From a virus (lineage: Duplodnaviria > Heunggongvirae > Uroviricota > Caudoviricetes), in IMG/VR virus record IMGVR_UViG_3300037512_000782, positions 316,732 through 348,092 of that record: a stretch of 31,361 nucleotides of DNA. The stretch is one strand, 5' to 3'. The translations under genes were made by a program, and so were the position numbers. Below, in pieces: positions 16,447 through 25,675 of this stretch. Each line of letters opens with the position of its first letter. Within the stretch, counting starts at the first letter, position 1. The notes below the pieces were generated by a model. It was not told the origin of the DNA. It searched no databases and was given only the letters and a program-made list of their open reading frames with translations.

Positions 16447-17126
16447 TCTCCTTTCATGTCTTGCATGAACTGTTGTTTGAACACTTCTTTCGGAACCGTC
16501 TCCGCATGGTCTCGTTCGAGCCATCCGTCTTCGGTTTCCTTGTAAATTACCTTGAGGTCGCCGTCTCGACTGAATCGCGTGTAGCCGAAAGGCTTCTCCT
16601 TGACCGTCTTCATGTTGTCGAGCTGGTCTTCCTCGGACGTTCGCACACCACGTCCTAGCGCTTTTTTTGCACATTCCTCGCAGAGGTTGGTGATCCATCC
16701 GCCAGTAGTCCAGATGACGCGCTTGCCGTCTGCCGTACGAGGTTCCTTTCCGCAGTCGTAGCAGATCCAGCTGGACAACGACTCGGCTATGCCGTTGAGC
16801 GAGTCCTCGCCAGTGGATACCGACGTGTAAACACGGAGCTCTCCGTACTTCTCCTTGACATCCATGAACTCGAACTTGGCCTTGGTCTCGTCATCCCAAG
16901 AATCGTACAGCTTGAACAGACGAGGAAGGTAGCGGTTCTTCCACAAGTCTTCCCAGCCGTTGCCGTCCCAGTACTTGTAGTAGTTGTTCTCGATATCCTC
17001 GGTATCGGTCTGGTACGCTGGCTCACGGCTTCCGTATGCCTTGCGGAACTTCAAGAACGGATACTTGTTGAGTAAGTCCAGCATGTCCTCGTCGGAGATC
17101 GGATATTTAGGTGTGAATGCGCCCAT
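16443..17126 (-). CDS. Phage-type hypothetical protein with KEKYGxLRxY motif and C4 zinc site
   Basis: VKEKYGELRVY...CYDCGK...GWITNLCEEC; start reassigned to MGAFTP. Confidence 0.75.
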   Translation of the reverse strand: MGAFTPKYPISDEDMLDLLNKYPFLKFRKAYGSREPAYQTDTEDIENNYYKYWDGNGWEDLWKNRYLPRLFKLYDSWDDETKAKFEFMDVKEKYGELRVYTSVSTGEDSLNGIAESLSSWICYDCGKEPRTADGKRVIWTTGGWITNLCEECAKKALGRGVRTSEEDQLDNMKTVKEKPFGYTRFSRDGDLKVIYKETEDGWLERDHAETVPKEVFKQQFMQDMKGE

Positions 17127-17275
17127 TATCTGCGTTTCCTTCTGGTAGCTCGGTTCTGCTTGAACGGATTGAGTGAGTACGGCATAGGAACGATACGACA
17201 ATTCGGGGGAACCATCTTTACCCTAGCTGGCATGATAAGCGCCAATGCGTACTGTAGTGGATCAAATTCACTCAT
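17126..17275 (-). CDS. Small 49-aa basic-tailed protein (MSEFDPLQYAL...NRATRRKRR), not in ORF track
   Basis: Manual translation; ATGA overlap at start and TAATG overlap at stop. Confidence 0.6.
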   Translation of the reverse strand: MSEFDPLQYALALIMPARVKMVPPNCRIVPMPYSLNPFKQNRATRRKRR

Positions 17276-17508
17276 GATTTCCTCTTCTTTGGGTATAAGT
17301 TACTCGCGGTTGGTTCAAGCCACTTGGTAGTTCCGAAAAACCTTACCGTAAGGTTGTCTGGCACTTCTCTGTCTTCGTCGAGCTGTATGTACTCGATATG
17401 GGTATTGATCTTGTCACACGCTTCCGAAAATACGCCACGTTCCTTGACGTGGCCGTTACCCTTGGCAAGCCATTCGGAAAGTGTCTTGTATGTCACTCGT
17501 TTACTCAT
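17272..17508 (-). CDS. Hypothetical protein (WLAKGNG motif)
   Basis: Start reassigned to MSKRVT (GAGG RBS). Confidence 0.65.
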   Translation of the reverse strand: MSKRVTYKTLSEWLAKGNGHVKERGVFSEACDKINTHIEYIQLDEDREVPDNLTVRFFGTTKWLEPTASNLYPKKRKS

Positions 17509-17935
17509 TCGGAACCTCGAATAGCCAGTTCGGTTTGTCGAGCGAGACATACATCGTTCCAGACAACGGAGTCGCCGTACAGTTGCGCTCTCGGCACATC
17601 TGCATGAGGATGTAGAAGAAGTCGATATCCGGAATCTTCACGCGGCGCTCTGTACAGAACTCTTCAACATTCTTCTGCCACCAGTTGTGATTGATTACCA
17701 CATGGCTAGGGACTACAGCGGCTTTCCAGTCTGCATGTAGCGGCTTCGTTCCGTTGAACTGGTCGAAGAACGGATCGTGTTCCGACGGCAGCATATCCGG
17801 AATGAATGTCTGGTCAAACACGACCTTCTGCAGAAATTCACGGACGGACTTGATACGGTCTTGCGTGAACTTGATGCGGTCTTCCTCGGTCACCTTCTTG
17901 TTGGTGGCTGGCATGTAGAAATATTCAGAGATCAT
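17501..17935 (-). CDS. Hypothetical protein
   Basis: GGAG RBS; tiles operon. Confidence 0.7.
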   Translation of the reverse strand: MISEYFYMPATNKKVTEEDRIKFTQDRIKSVREFLQKVVFDQTFIPDMLPSEHDPFFDQFNGTKPLHADWKAAVVPSHVVINHNWWQKNVEEFCTERRVKIPDIDFFYILMQMCRERNCTATPLSGTMYVSLDKPNWLFEVPNE

Positions 17936-18010
17936 TGCGGCTCCATTTAAGCTTTAGCAAGCGTTAGCGATCGGGCCTACGTCTTTATATTCGTAGCGTC
18001 TGACCATATT

Positions 18011-19012
18011 CTACCTCATGTCATCGGTCTTTTTATTGACACGTTCGATGTAGGAGACCAAGCACTTCGCATAGACCTTCACTTCGTCGGTCATCTTGAC
18101 GAAGGCGTCGACGATGTCCTTAACGGTCTTTTCATTCGACAACTTTATGGAGTTGTTAGACGGCTTCTTAATATGATGGCCGTCTAGTCCATAGTTTTCA
18201 ATGGTCTGCACGATTTCAAACAGGTCAACTATTTCCTTCTCGTGTTCGTAGAAATAATGGTCAAAGCAGTCTTTGACGACTTCCGTCAATACATAGAAAT
18301 TCCCGTCGCCGTCCATCGACACCGTGGCTTCCTTGTCGCTACAGAGGATGTACTTTACACCTCCGTAGCAGACGACGGTGTAGTTGACACAAGTAGTCAT
18401 GTCTTCCGGTAAGATGAATTCCTTGGTATGGTCGATGACGACGCCGTACTTTTTGTCGTCGTTAATACAGATGCCAGCGTCGTCAAGTCGTCTGTGGATT
18501 TCGAAAATCTCGTTGATCTGGGAAAGCGACGAGTGCAGCTGGTATGCGGCTGTACGCATCTTGTCGATATAGCTCTGGCGTTCCCAGTCGTCGCCCTTCT
18601 TGGTAGTGTCGATGAGTTTGTCCAGCTTCTTGAACACGCTCTCGCTGTCCATAGAGAACAAGGAGTTCGGGTTGGGTGCGCCCACGTACACGGCGGTATT
18701 GACCGTCTCGCCGAGCTTGTGCGTAATCTCGCAACGGCGAGATTCCTCGATGAGCGTCGTGAAGATGCGCTTCACGGACTCCTTCATCGCTTCCCTAGTA
18801 TCGTCGCTCACAAGGCCCTCGGTAAAGTCATAAACCATGTCGATTACTTTGTGTTCGCGACGTTCATCGACGATCGGAAGTTCGCCGAGCTGCTTGTACT
18901 CGGCGATCTGCTTGACCACGTCCATTCTGCGTACGATGTTCTGTACGATTTCCTTGTCGATGCCGTCGATTTCTTGACGGCAACCTTCAATGAGTTCTTC
19001 GGAATGAGACAT
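18011..19012 (-). CDS. Chorismate mutase type II (AroQ-like) domain fused to unknown C-terminal region
   Basis: RQEIDGIDKEIV...RRMDVVKQIAEYK....PIVDERRE...IF..LIEESR matches CM_2 consensus. Confidence 0.8.
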   Translation of the reverse strand: MSHSEELIEGCRQEIDGIDKEIVQNIVRRMDVVKQIAEYKQLGELPIVDERREHKVIDMVYDFTEGLVSDDTREAMKESVKRIFTTLIEESRRCEITHKLGETVNTAVYVGAPNPNSLFSMDSESVFKKLDKLIDTTKKGDDWERQSYIDKMRTAAYQLHSSLSQINEIFEIHRRLDDAGICINDDKKYGVVIDHTKEFILPEDMTTCVNYTVVCYGGVKYILCSDKEATVSMDGDGNFYVLTEVVKDCFDHYFYEHEKEIVDLFEIVQTIENYGLDGHHIKKPSNNSIKLSNEKTVKDIVDAFVKMTDEVKVYAKCLVSYIERVNKKTDDMR

Positions 19013-19725
19013 TAGCGTTCTCCCTTGCCGTGGTCATAGGTGCCACGATCGATTTCCTTCAAGACATGGGAATAGTCTTCGGTATTATGCGTATAGAAGT
19101 GGAAGTAACGGTTGACCGGATGGACGATGATGTCGGGGTCGACGACTGAAATGACATGGATGTACCAGTTGTCGCTGCTCATGTCGCCGAAATCCTTTAT
19201 AGCCACGTTGAACACGAGCTTGAAGATGTTGTTGAAGTGGTAAGGGAACGAGATGGGGAACATTTCGTCCGCGATGTCGTTCAAGAGGCGCTGCAAGCAG
19301 GGCGGCTTGTCTTCCTTGGTAACGTTCGTCAGATCGGTTTCGGACTTGACAACGACGAACCTCACTCGGCGGTCGTCGTCGAAGAACGTGGTTCCGTCCG
19401 GCTTGGTGATGCGGTAGAAACTCAACGGCAAGTCTTTAAATGTCTCGAACTTCCAGCCCACGTACTTGTCGGTCTTGTATCGAGCAGGGTATTCGGACGG
19501 CTTCTTCAGTTCGGACTTCTCGATGGGTGCGAGACGGTCTCCCCACAAAGCCTGACACAGCACGTTCGACGCAAAGTGCCACGACGCGCCGGAATGGTTG
19601 TCCGATTCCATGGCCTTGTAAGCCTTCTGTGCGGATCTCACGCAGCCAGAGAAGTATCCGCCCCAGCCGTCTTTATGTTCCTTTTCCAGAAATTCCGCAA
19701 AGCGGTCAAATTCTTTATCGTACAT
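19012..19725 (-). CDS. Hypothetical protein (HSGASW motif)
   Basis: GAGGT RBS; first gene after promoter; TAATG coupling. Confidence 0.75.
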   Translation of the reverse strand: MYDKEFDRFAEFLEKEHKDGWGGYFSGCVRSAQKAYKAMESDNHSGASWHFASNVLCQALWGDRLAPIEKSELKKPSEYPARYKTDKYVGWKFETFKDLPLSFYRITKPDGTTFFDDDRRVRFVVVKSETDLTNVTKEDKPPCLQRLLNDIADEMFPISFPYHFNNIFKLVFNVAIKDFGDMSSDNWYIHVISVVDPDIIVHPVNRYFHFYTHNTEDYSHVLKEIDRGTYDHGKGER

Positions 19726-19751
19726 CTGTCTACCTCATTAGTTATGGTACA

Positions 19752-19780
19752 AATATAGCAACAACACTCATGCTTGTCAA
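19752..19780 (-). promoter_or_regulatory. Sigma70-type promoter TTGACA-N17-TATATT
   Basis: Minus strand TTGACA AGCATGAGTGTTGTTGC TATATT in divergent intergenic region. Confidence 0.82.
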
Positions 19781-19817
19781 GCTGTATTCGTAAAAAAGGC
19801 TAATTTCGGCACAGAAA

Positions 19818-19826
19818 TGATAAACT
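19818..19826 (+). promoter_or_regulatory. TGATAAACT motif, candidate phage late-type promoter
   Basis: Identical 9-mer 6-7 nt upstream of both plus-strand block starts (19833, 29536). Confidence 0.5.
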
Positions 19827-19832
19827 AGGGGC

Positions 19833-21905
19833 ATGATGTACGACTTCCATTACTATCTTTGCTCTCTCCCCAGCTCGCCGCTCGTAGAGGCCGTCCGTGC
19901 CTTGTACGAGGCTTCCGAAGGCGACGCCAGAAAATACATGAAGAAGATGCTCCAGTCCTTGGGGCTAGAACAGGAACTCGCCCAAGGATACGGCGACAAC
20001 TGGGCGGAAACCGCGTTCAACAAGATTAGGAACGCCTTCGTCCACCAAGGATGTGACGTCTACTTCGTGCCCGGTATCGCCAGAATCGCCTACGGCGACC
20101 TACACTTCGACAGCGAGGACGAGGACACGCAGAAGCTGGCGCTTCTGAAGAACTTGGTGAAGTTCATCACGATAGCCCACAAGGCGCAGTTCACTAGAAA
20201 CTTGGAAAAGATCGACGTGGTTCAGGAAGGGCCACAGAAGGGAATGAAGGTCAAGTCCAAGCCGCTTACGCTAGACCAGCTGTCCACGATGTTCTCTAGG
20301 GAGCAGAAGGAAGTGACTGGCAAGGCACGTGAGCAGTTCGCCAAGGAGCATGCGAACTCCGAAGGCAACGGATACAAGATAATCGAATTGAAGAATTTTG
20401 AACAAGCGCACCAGTTCCTACCGTACTGCACGGCGGACAAGTGGTGCTACTTGCAGAACGAGAGTACGTTCGACTCGTACGCTGGCGGAGGCAACAAGCT
20501 CTACTTGGCGCTAGCCCCAGGCTTCGAGAAGCTGAAGCCCGGTGACCCAGGGTATGGACGTTCCATGATCGGTTTCGACATGGGCCCAGTTGACGAGAAC
20601 GGCAAGTCGGAGCTGTGCGTCTGCACCAACCGATACAACCACGCGGAGAACTTGGAGCACGAGGAAGGCGCTGGCTCCGGCGACTCCGCCTATGACGAAA
20701 TTCAGTTGTCCAAGATTCTCGGATTCCCAGTATGGGAACGTTGTCCGGGATACACGGTCGACGAAATGCTCGCCAACGGCCTCATGAACATGGAGACGAT
20801 GAAGACTATCGTCACCACCGACGACGAACTGACGAAGCTCGCCAGAGACAAAAAGTATCAGCTAGAATTCTTGAAGAAATACCGTGTGGAAGCCAAGGAA
20901 GAATGGCGAGCGCCTGGGTTCTGTGTCAGCTTCTGCAAGATAAACAAGCGTGGATTCCATACGACGGAATGGTTCGCGATGTTGACGGACGAGCCGGATC
21001 ACTTGCTATGGTTCAAGGGGTTCAGCCGACTGAACGCCGACGTATACTCACTTGAGGTCGGTTCGCATAAATACATGGTCGTGTTCCAGACTGGCAAACC
21101 GCTTTCGAATGACGTATTCTACAAGGTCGGCGGCGACCATTTCCCGATTGCCGTATGCAAGATGATCGACGGCGAGAAGCGCTACAACTACCTCGACTTA
21201 GCCGGAAATTATATCAGCAAAGACTGGTTCGCCCATGTAGGGGCGTTCGACGTATACACCCAGTTTGCTTGTGTACAGCGTGACGACGGCAAGGAGAATG
21301 TAATCAATAAGGCCGGAAAGATAGTACTGGGCGAGTGGTATGACAGTATAAAGAGAGAGTACGACAAGGGATTCTACTTTGTTGCGGATGATAAGGATGT
21401 TGGGAAGAAATTGCTTTACACATGGGAGATGAAGCCGTTCTGTGGCTACGTCGACGAAATGAAACCATTATCCGGTGTCGGCGTCCTCGTCAAGTCCAAC
21501 GGAAAGTACAACGTGGCCATTCCGAGTGAGTGCTGCATGCTGTGCAACCTCTGGTTCGACGCTATCGACGAAAGGGTATACACCGCACAAAACGGTTCGT
21601 ATGTCATTCTAGTGTTCGATAAGGATCAAGGATACAACTTCATCGACATCGGAACGCACAAGCAAGTCCTCGACAGATGGTATCAGTCCATAAAGTACAT
21701 GGAGCATGGATACTTCTTGGTCAAGGAAGGCGGCAAGCTGAACATTTACGAACCGATCTTGAACAGCTTCGTGCTTCCGCAGTGGTTCGATGACCGTGGC
21801 GCTCCACAGATTCTCGACGAACACAAGTTCGCTGGCTTGTGGATAGGCGACAGGCCAGTGCAAGTCATCGACGGCAAGATTGTTCCATCATCTAGCGAAG
21901 TTTAA
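19833..21905 (+). CDS. Large protein with shared N-terminal ALYE tag and C-terminal WG-like beta repeats
   Basis: N-terminus DFHYYLCSLPSSPLVEAVRALYE; repeats such as YNYLDLAGNYISKDWF, ENVINKAGKIVLGEWY, YNFIDIGTHKQVLDRWY. Confidence 0.75.
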   Translation: MMYDFHYYLCSLPSSPLVEAVRALYEASEGDARKYMKKMLQSLGLEQELAQGYGDNWAETAFNKIRNAFVHQGCDVYFVPGIARIAYGDLHFDSEDEDTQKLALLKNLVKFITIAHKAQFTRNLEKIDVVQEGPQKGMKVKSKPLTLDQLSTMFSREQKEVTGKAREQFAKEHANSEGNGYKIIELKNFEQAHQFLPYCTADKWCYLQNESTFDSYAGGGNKLYLALAPGFEKLKPGDPGYGRSMIGFDMGPVDENGKSELCVCTNRYNHAENLEHEEGAGSGDSAYDEIQLSKILGFPVWERCPGYTVDEMLANGLMNMETMKTIVTTDDELTKLARDKKYQLEFLKKYRVEAKEEWRAPGFCVSFCKINKRGFHTTEWFAMLTDEPDHLLWFKGFSRLNADVYSLEVGSHKYMVVFQTGKPLSNDVFYKVGGDHFPIAVCKMIDGEKRYNYLDLAGNYISKDWFAHVGAFDVYTQFACVQRDDGKENVINKAGKIVLGEWYDSIKREYDKGFYFVADDKDVGKKLLYTWEMKPFCGYVDEMKPLSGVGVLVKSNGKYNVAIPSECCMLCNLWFDAIDERVYTAQNGSYVILVFDKDQGYNFIDIGTHKQVLDRWYQSIKYMEHGYFLVKEGGKLNIYEPILNSFVLPQWFDDRGAPQILDEHKFAGLWIGDRPVQVIDGKIVPSSSEV

Positions 21906-21921
21906 TACAAAGGAAAAGGAA

Positions 21922-22563
21922 ATGAGTATTTACGTTGTTGGTTCAAAGAGCAAGAAGTTCCTACCGCTTGACGGATTTCACAAGAAGTTCATCGTGGACG
22001 AGAAGCACGAAGGCGACAACATCGACTATCTGAACCCGTGGTACTGCGAGCTGACTGGCTTGTATTACCTATGGAAGCACGACGAGGACGACATCGTCGG
22101 CCTTGAGCACTACAGAAGGTATCTGACTGTAGACGGCTGGCATCCCATCAAGCGCACCGAGGCGGAGAACTACTTGAAGAAGTACGACGTGCTCTGCGTG
22201 AAGGTCGGCTATCCGTACACTGGCATCAAGGATTACCTTATCAAGAACCGCAAGGCCGAGGCGACCAATTCCTACATCGCCTTGCTGGCATCCATGTACG
22301 GACGCGGATACGCAGACCACTGCATACGTTATCTGAACGGACACGAGCACGTACTCGGCAACATGTTCGTCGCTAAGCGCGAGACCGCCAACAAGTATTG
22401 CGAGTTCCTGTTCAAGTCGATGTACACCTGGTTCCGTCTGCAGCAGAAGATGGGCATACCAGTAGAAGGACGTATCGTTGGCTATATGGCCGAATTTTTA
22501 TATGGTGCATACATCGATTGGTTTAAACTCAAAACAAAAACTCTCCATTTACGGATGACGTAA
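21922..22563 (+). CDS. DUF4422-family glycosyltransferase (GT111-like)
   Basis: GDNIDYLNPWYCELTGLYYLWK...IVGLEHYRRY...NMFVAK...R..GY.AE; start reassigned to MSIYVV (AAGGA RBS). Confidence 0.88.
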   Translation: MSIYVVGSKSKKFLPLDGFHKKFIVDEKHEGDNIDYLNPWYCELTGLYYLWKHDEDDIVGLEHYRRYLTVDGWHPIKRTEAENYLKKYDVLCVKVGYPYTGIKDYLIKNRKAEATNSYIALLASMYGRGYADHCIRYLNGHEHVLGNMFVAKRETANKYCEFLFKSMYTWFRLQQKMGIPVEGRIVGYMAEFLYGAYIDWFKLKTKTLHLRMT

Positions 22564-22580
22564 CCACTATACCATTAAAT

Positions 22581-22614
22581 AAAAAAAAGCCACCGAAACT
22601 CGGTGGCCTTTTTT
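22581..22614. terminator. Bidirectional rho-independent terminator
   Basis: A8-GCCACCGA-aac-TCGGTGGC-c-T6 between convergent genes. Confidence 0.9.
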
Positions 22615-24100
22615 AGTCTTTGTAGTGGCAGTCCTTGAGGAACTGCTGGTTGTCCTTCTCGATGTTGAGGATAACGTCCTCGATCTTCTTCAAGTCGCTA
22701 GCTCTGAGCTTGCATGCCCAGTGGCCGTAATGGTCGCCTTCTTGCAGCTCGTATGTGCAACGGTTGGTGCCAACGTTGAGCGAACCGCCGTAACGGATGT
22801 TGCTCCCGGCTTTGATGGCCTCAGCCCAAGAAGGGAAGCGTCCCTTGTCCGTAGCGTAGTGGAACGGAAGATTAATCTTGATTTCGTCTCCGTGTTCACC
22901 GCCGAGTTCGTCCTTGTAGTAACCTTGAATTGCTCCGTAGATTTCCACTGTCTTCTTGGTGAGCGTACGATCCTTCTTGGGAACTTCGAGAGTCACGTTG
23001 CACTTGAAGCTGATGTCGTGGCACTCGCCGTACTGCCAACCATGCGTTTTGTTCACGGTGCCGTGTTCCTTGAAGAACTTGTACACAGTGCTGAATGGGC
23101 TCTTGCTGAAGAACTCGTCGTAAGCGTCCGCGACCTTGGCCTTGGTGGCTTCGACGGCGGCGTCGATGCGCTTGCGCTCGGCTTCCGGTAGCTGCTTGTA
23201 TCCACGAGGCTTCTCGAACTTGTTGAGTCCGTCGCCGAACTCGATGCCGCGCCATGTGAGACCGCCGTGCTGTTCGGAAATCGCGTCAAGACGTTCCGTG
23301 TTGTGCTTGATGACCTTCTTGACGAAGTCAAGGAACACGTCGGGCTTCACGCCGTACGGATGCTTGGGGTGGTCGTAGTCCCATTCGGCAACTAATTCCT
23401 TCTGGTAAGCGATATTGTGATCCTTGGCATACTTGAGGAACGGAGAGCAGCTGTCAAAATAGAACAGGGCCGTCGTATGTTCCGTCTTGGCTCGCATGTT
23501 AATATCGCGCCCACGGAAAGTGTTGTAGAAGTGGTCGATGTTTTGGCTGTATTCCAGCATCGGAAGCAACGCATGCACGTTCGTATTGTTACACGGTGAA
23601 TCGTAGAAGTACCTGTCGTCTCGATTAACCCGGAAACCGAGTCCGGAAAGTTCCTCGAAGAACTTCTTGCCTTCTTCGGTATCGGCCCAGAATTCGAGCG
23701 GAAGGTCAGTACCTTCTGGGATATCGTGACCCTTCTTGAACGGCCCCATGCACTTGACGATGTCCATGTAGTGCTTGAAGCCACAATGCAGCGTACATGT
23801 GTTGGAGTCCAGTGTCTGCACTTGGTCGCCGACAGTAGCCTTCACGAAAACATGCTGGTCGACTCGGCAGCTTTTCTTGAGGTCGGTCATGTTGACGTCG
23901 ATGGTCAGTTCTTCGCCGTCGATCTCGCCGACGAACTTGAGCGAACCCTTCGAGCTGTACACGACGGCTTCGCGGAGCTTCGCTACTTCCTCGATCATCT
24001 TGAGTACGTTTTCCTCTGGGTGATAGTCATCGCCTTCGAGGACTTGGAGCAGCGGGGCTGCCTTGTAGAGTTCATTCTCTGCTAGAGGTTTCTTAGCCAT
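22613..24100 (-). CDS. Hypothetical protein (~495 aa)
   Basis: Start reassigned to MAKKPL (AAGGA RBS); strong codon bias. Confidence 0.8.
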   Translation of the reverse strand: MAKKPLAENELYKAAPLLQVLEGDDYHPEENVLKMIEEVAKLREAVVYSSKGSLKFVGEIDGEELTIDVNMTDLKKSCRVDQHVFVKATVGDQVQTLDSNTCTLHCGFKHYMDIVKCMGPFKKGHDIPEGTDLPLEFWADTEEGKKFFEELSGLGFRVNRDDRYFYDSPCNNTNVHALLPMLEYSQNIDHFYNTFRGRDINMRAKTEHTTALFYFDSCSPFLKYAKDHNIAYQKELVAEWDYDHPKHPYGVKPDVFLDFVKKVIKHNTERLDAISEQHGGLTWRGIEFGDGLNKFEKPRGYKQLPEAERKRIDAAVEATKAKVADAYDEFFSKSPFSTVYKFFKEHGTVNKTHGWQYGECHDISFKCNVTLEVPKKDRTLTKKTVEIYGAIQGYYKDELGGEHGDEIKINLPFHYATDKGRFPSWAEAIKAGSNIRYGGSLNVGTNRCTYELQEGDHYGHWACKLRASDLKKIEDVILNIEKDNQQFLKDCHYKD

Positions 24101-24102
24101 GG

Positions 24103-24696
24103 TTAGTCCTTTTTGTTGTATTTGATTTTGGAGAGGCGGTCGAGCGCAGCGTCGATGCACGGCTGGTGCTTCAAGGATTCGAGCAAATGCTCGATCGTAC
24201 GCGCATGCTTGAAGATGTCGCCAAGAACTTGTCTGTCTTCGGCAAGTTCAGCGTCTTGCTCGTTGAGCTGGTCTACGGATCCGCTGTCGACCATTTCGTT
24301 GTGTATGCCGCCGCGAGAAACTACGGTGTAGACGTGGTAGTCTCTTCCGATAAAGTAATGACGCCACCAGACGCCGTTGGTCGACATGTAGTTGGCCTTC
24401 ACCAAGTCACGGAATCCGTCGTTGAGCATGCGACAAAGCTCGTCCCAGTCCTTCTCGTAGGCATCGTTCAGAGTTGTGTCGCCTGGGTCGATTCTCCACC
24501 AGAGGCACTGTTCGGAATAGGCGCTCGGCTCTCGCTGCTCGACTTCGTACCAGTCCTCGCAGACGTGGTCGTACTCGTCACAGCCGCCGTCCTCGTCGCC
24601 TTCGTGGCAATACCCAAGGTAAATGTACTTCGACGTTCCTTTCTTGTCGTACTTGTCGAACATGTTGTCGATAAAGCGTGTGTATTTGTTTTCCAT
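24103..24696 (-). CDS. Hypothetical acidic protein, paralog of 27718-28116
   Basis: Shared N.YT..ID..F..Y, W..IDP.D..L and RDY.VY motifs. Confidence 0.75.
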   Translation of the reverse strand: MENKYTRFIDNMFDKYDKKGTSKYIYLGYCHEGDEDGGCDEYDHVCEDWYEVEQREPSAYSEQCLWWRIDPGDTTLNDAYEKDWDELCRMLNDGFRDLVKANYMSTNGVWWRHYFIGRDYHVYTVVSRGGIHNEMVDSGSVDQLNEQDAELAEDRQVLGDIFKHARTIEHLLESLKHQPCIDAALDRLSKIKYNKKD

Positions 24697-24703
24697 AGAT
24701 TAC

Positions 24704-25381
24704 CTACTTTACAAGTTTGCGCTGTTCGCGAACGAACTTGATGAACTGCCCGACGGTGATATCGGACATGTTGGTAGTAATAAAGCGCGACGCGAAGACC
24801 CTGCTAGACAGCGGATCCATGTACAGAACCTTGTGGGACATATCGTTGCACTTACGTTCAAACACGATGCAGTTGCTAGCACGTTTCCATTGCACGCTTA
24901 CGTTGTTAACAATCTGCCCTTGCAAGTCTTCGGTCGGCGCATAGGAGTCGCAGAAGTTCGGCCCGGCAGAAACATATTTGATAGGCCAGAACTGGTTGAG
25001 CACCGACAGCGCAGTGTCGAACGAAAGTGGTTCGTCCTCACGCTTGTATAGCTCCTCTGCATTGATGATCTTGGCTCGCTGCTGGTCAATATCTTCCTGA
25101 TGCTCTTTACTGCGGCGATCCATCTCGTCCTTGCACATCTTGCACCATCCGTGATCTACCTCGCCAGAACGCGGAACCTCTTTACCGTCCTCGGCATAGC
25201 GGATGACGCCAGCCGGACAGCAATAGGCTGCGTCGCGGATTTCGGTATCGTACTTGGCGTAGTCGGTGCCGACGACCTCGCACTTATGGGGAACACGGAA
25301 AATTGCGTCACAACCAGCTTCGCAAGCGCCACAGCCGACACATTCGTCGTAGGTCTCGTCAATCCAGACTTTAGTAATCAT
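24704..25381 (-). CDS. 4Fe-4S ferredoxin domain fused to unknown C-terminal domain
   Basis: KVWID....ECVGCGACEAGC...F....AAYCCPAGVI in first ~62 aa. Confidence 0.85.
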   Translation of the reverse strand: MITKVWIDETYDECVGCGACEAGCDAIFRVPHKCEVVGTDYAKYDTEIRDAAYCCPAGVIRYAEDGKEVPRSGEVDHGWCKMCKDEMDRRSKEHQEDIDQQRAKIINAEELYKREDEPLSFDTALSVLNQFWPIKYVSAGPNFCDSYAPTEDLQGQIVNNVSVQWKRASNCIVFERKCNDMSHKVLYMDPLSSRVFASRFITTNMSDITVGQFIKFVREQRKLVK

Positions 25382-25390
25382 AGTATTCTC

Positions 25391-25675
25391 CTAGTAGCGG
25401 ATAAGTCCCGGCATGCACTCGTCGAATTCTTGGTGGTACTTGCCGTTGTCGCCAGCCTTCATGGCCTTCTTGATAAATTCAATGGCGGTTTCCTCGGTTT
25501 CGAACAACGGATCGCGAACAAGCGGACTGTACATCGTCATGGGCCCCATGACGACTTCGGCGTACCAGTAGTCATACGGCTTCCAGCGGAACCAGCCAGC
25601 CTTCCACTGGGGAAGGTAGCCTCCGTCAGTCTTCTTTACGCGGTGCTTCTTGTCGATGTATGTCGGAAATGCCAT
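25391..25675 (-). CDS. Hypothetical protein
   Basis: TAATG coupling; aromatic-rich. Confidence 0.7.
   Translation of the reverse strand: MAFPTYIDKKHRVKKTDGGYLPQWKAGWFRWKPYDYWYAEVVMGPMTMYSPLVRDPLFETEETAIEFIKKAMKAGDNGKYHQEFDECMPGLIRY

Noticed and set aside
17954-18007. 17-codon ORF (MVRRYEYKDVGPIANAC) in a short gap
   Set aside because: Too short to support without expression data
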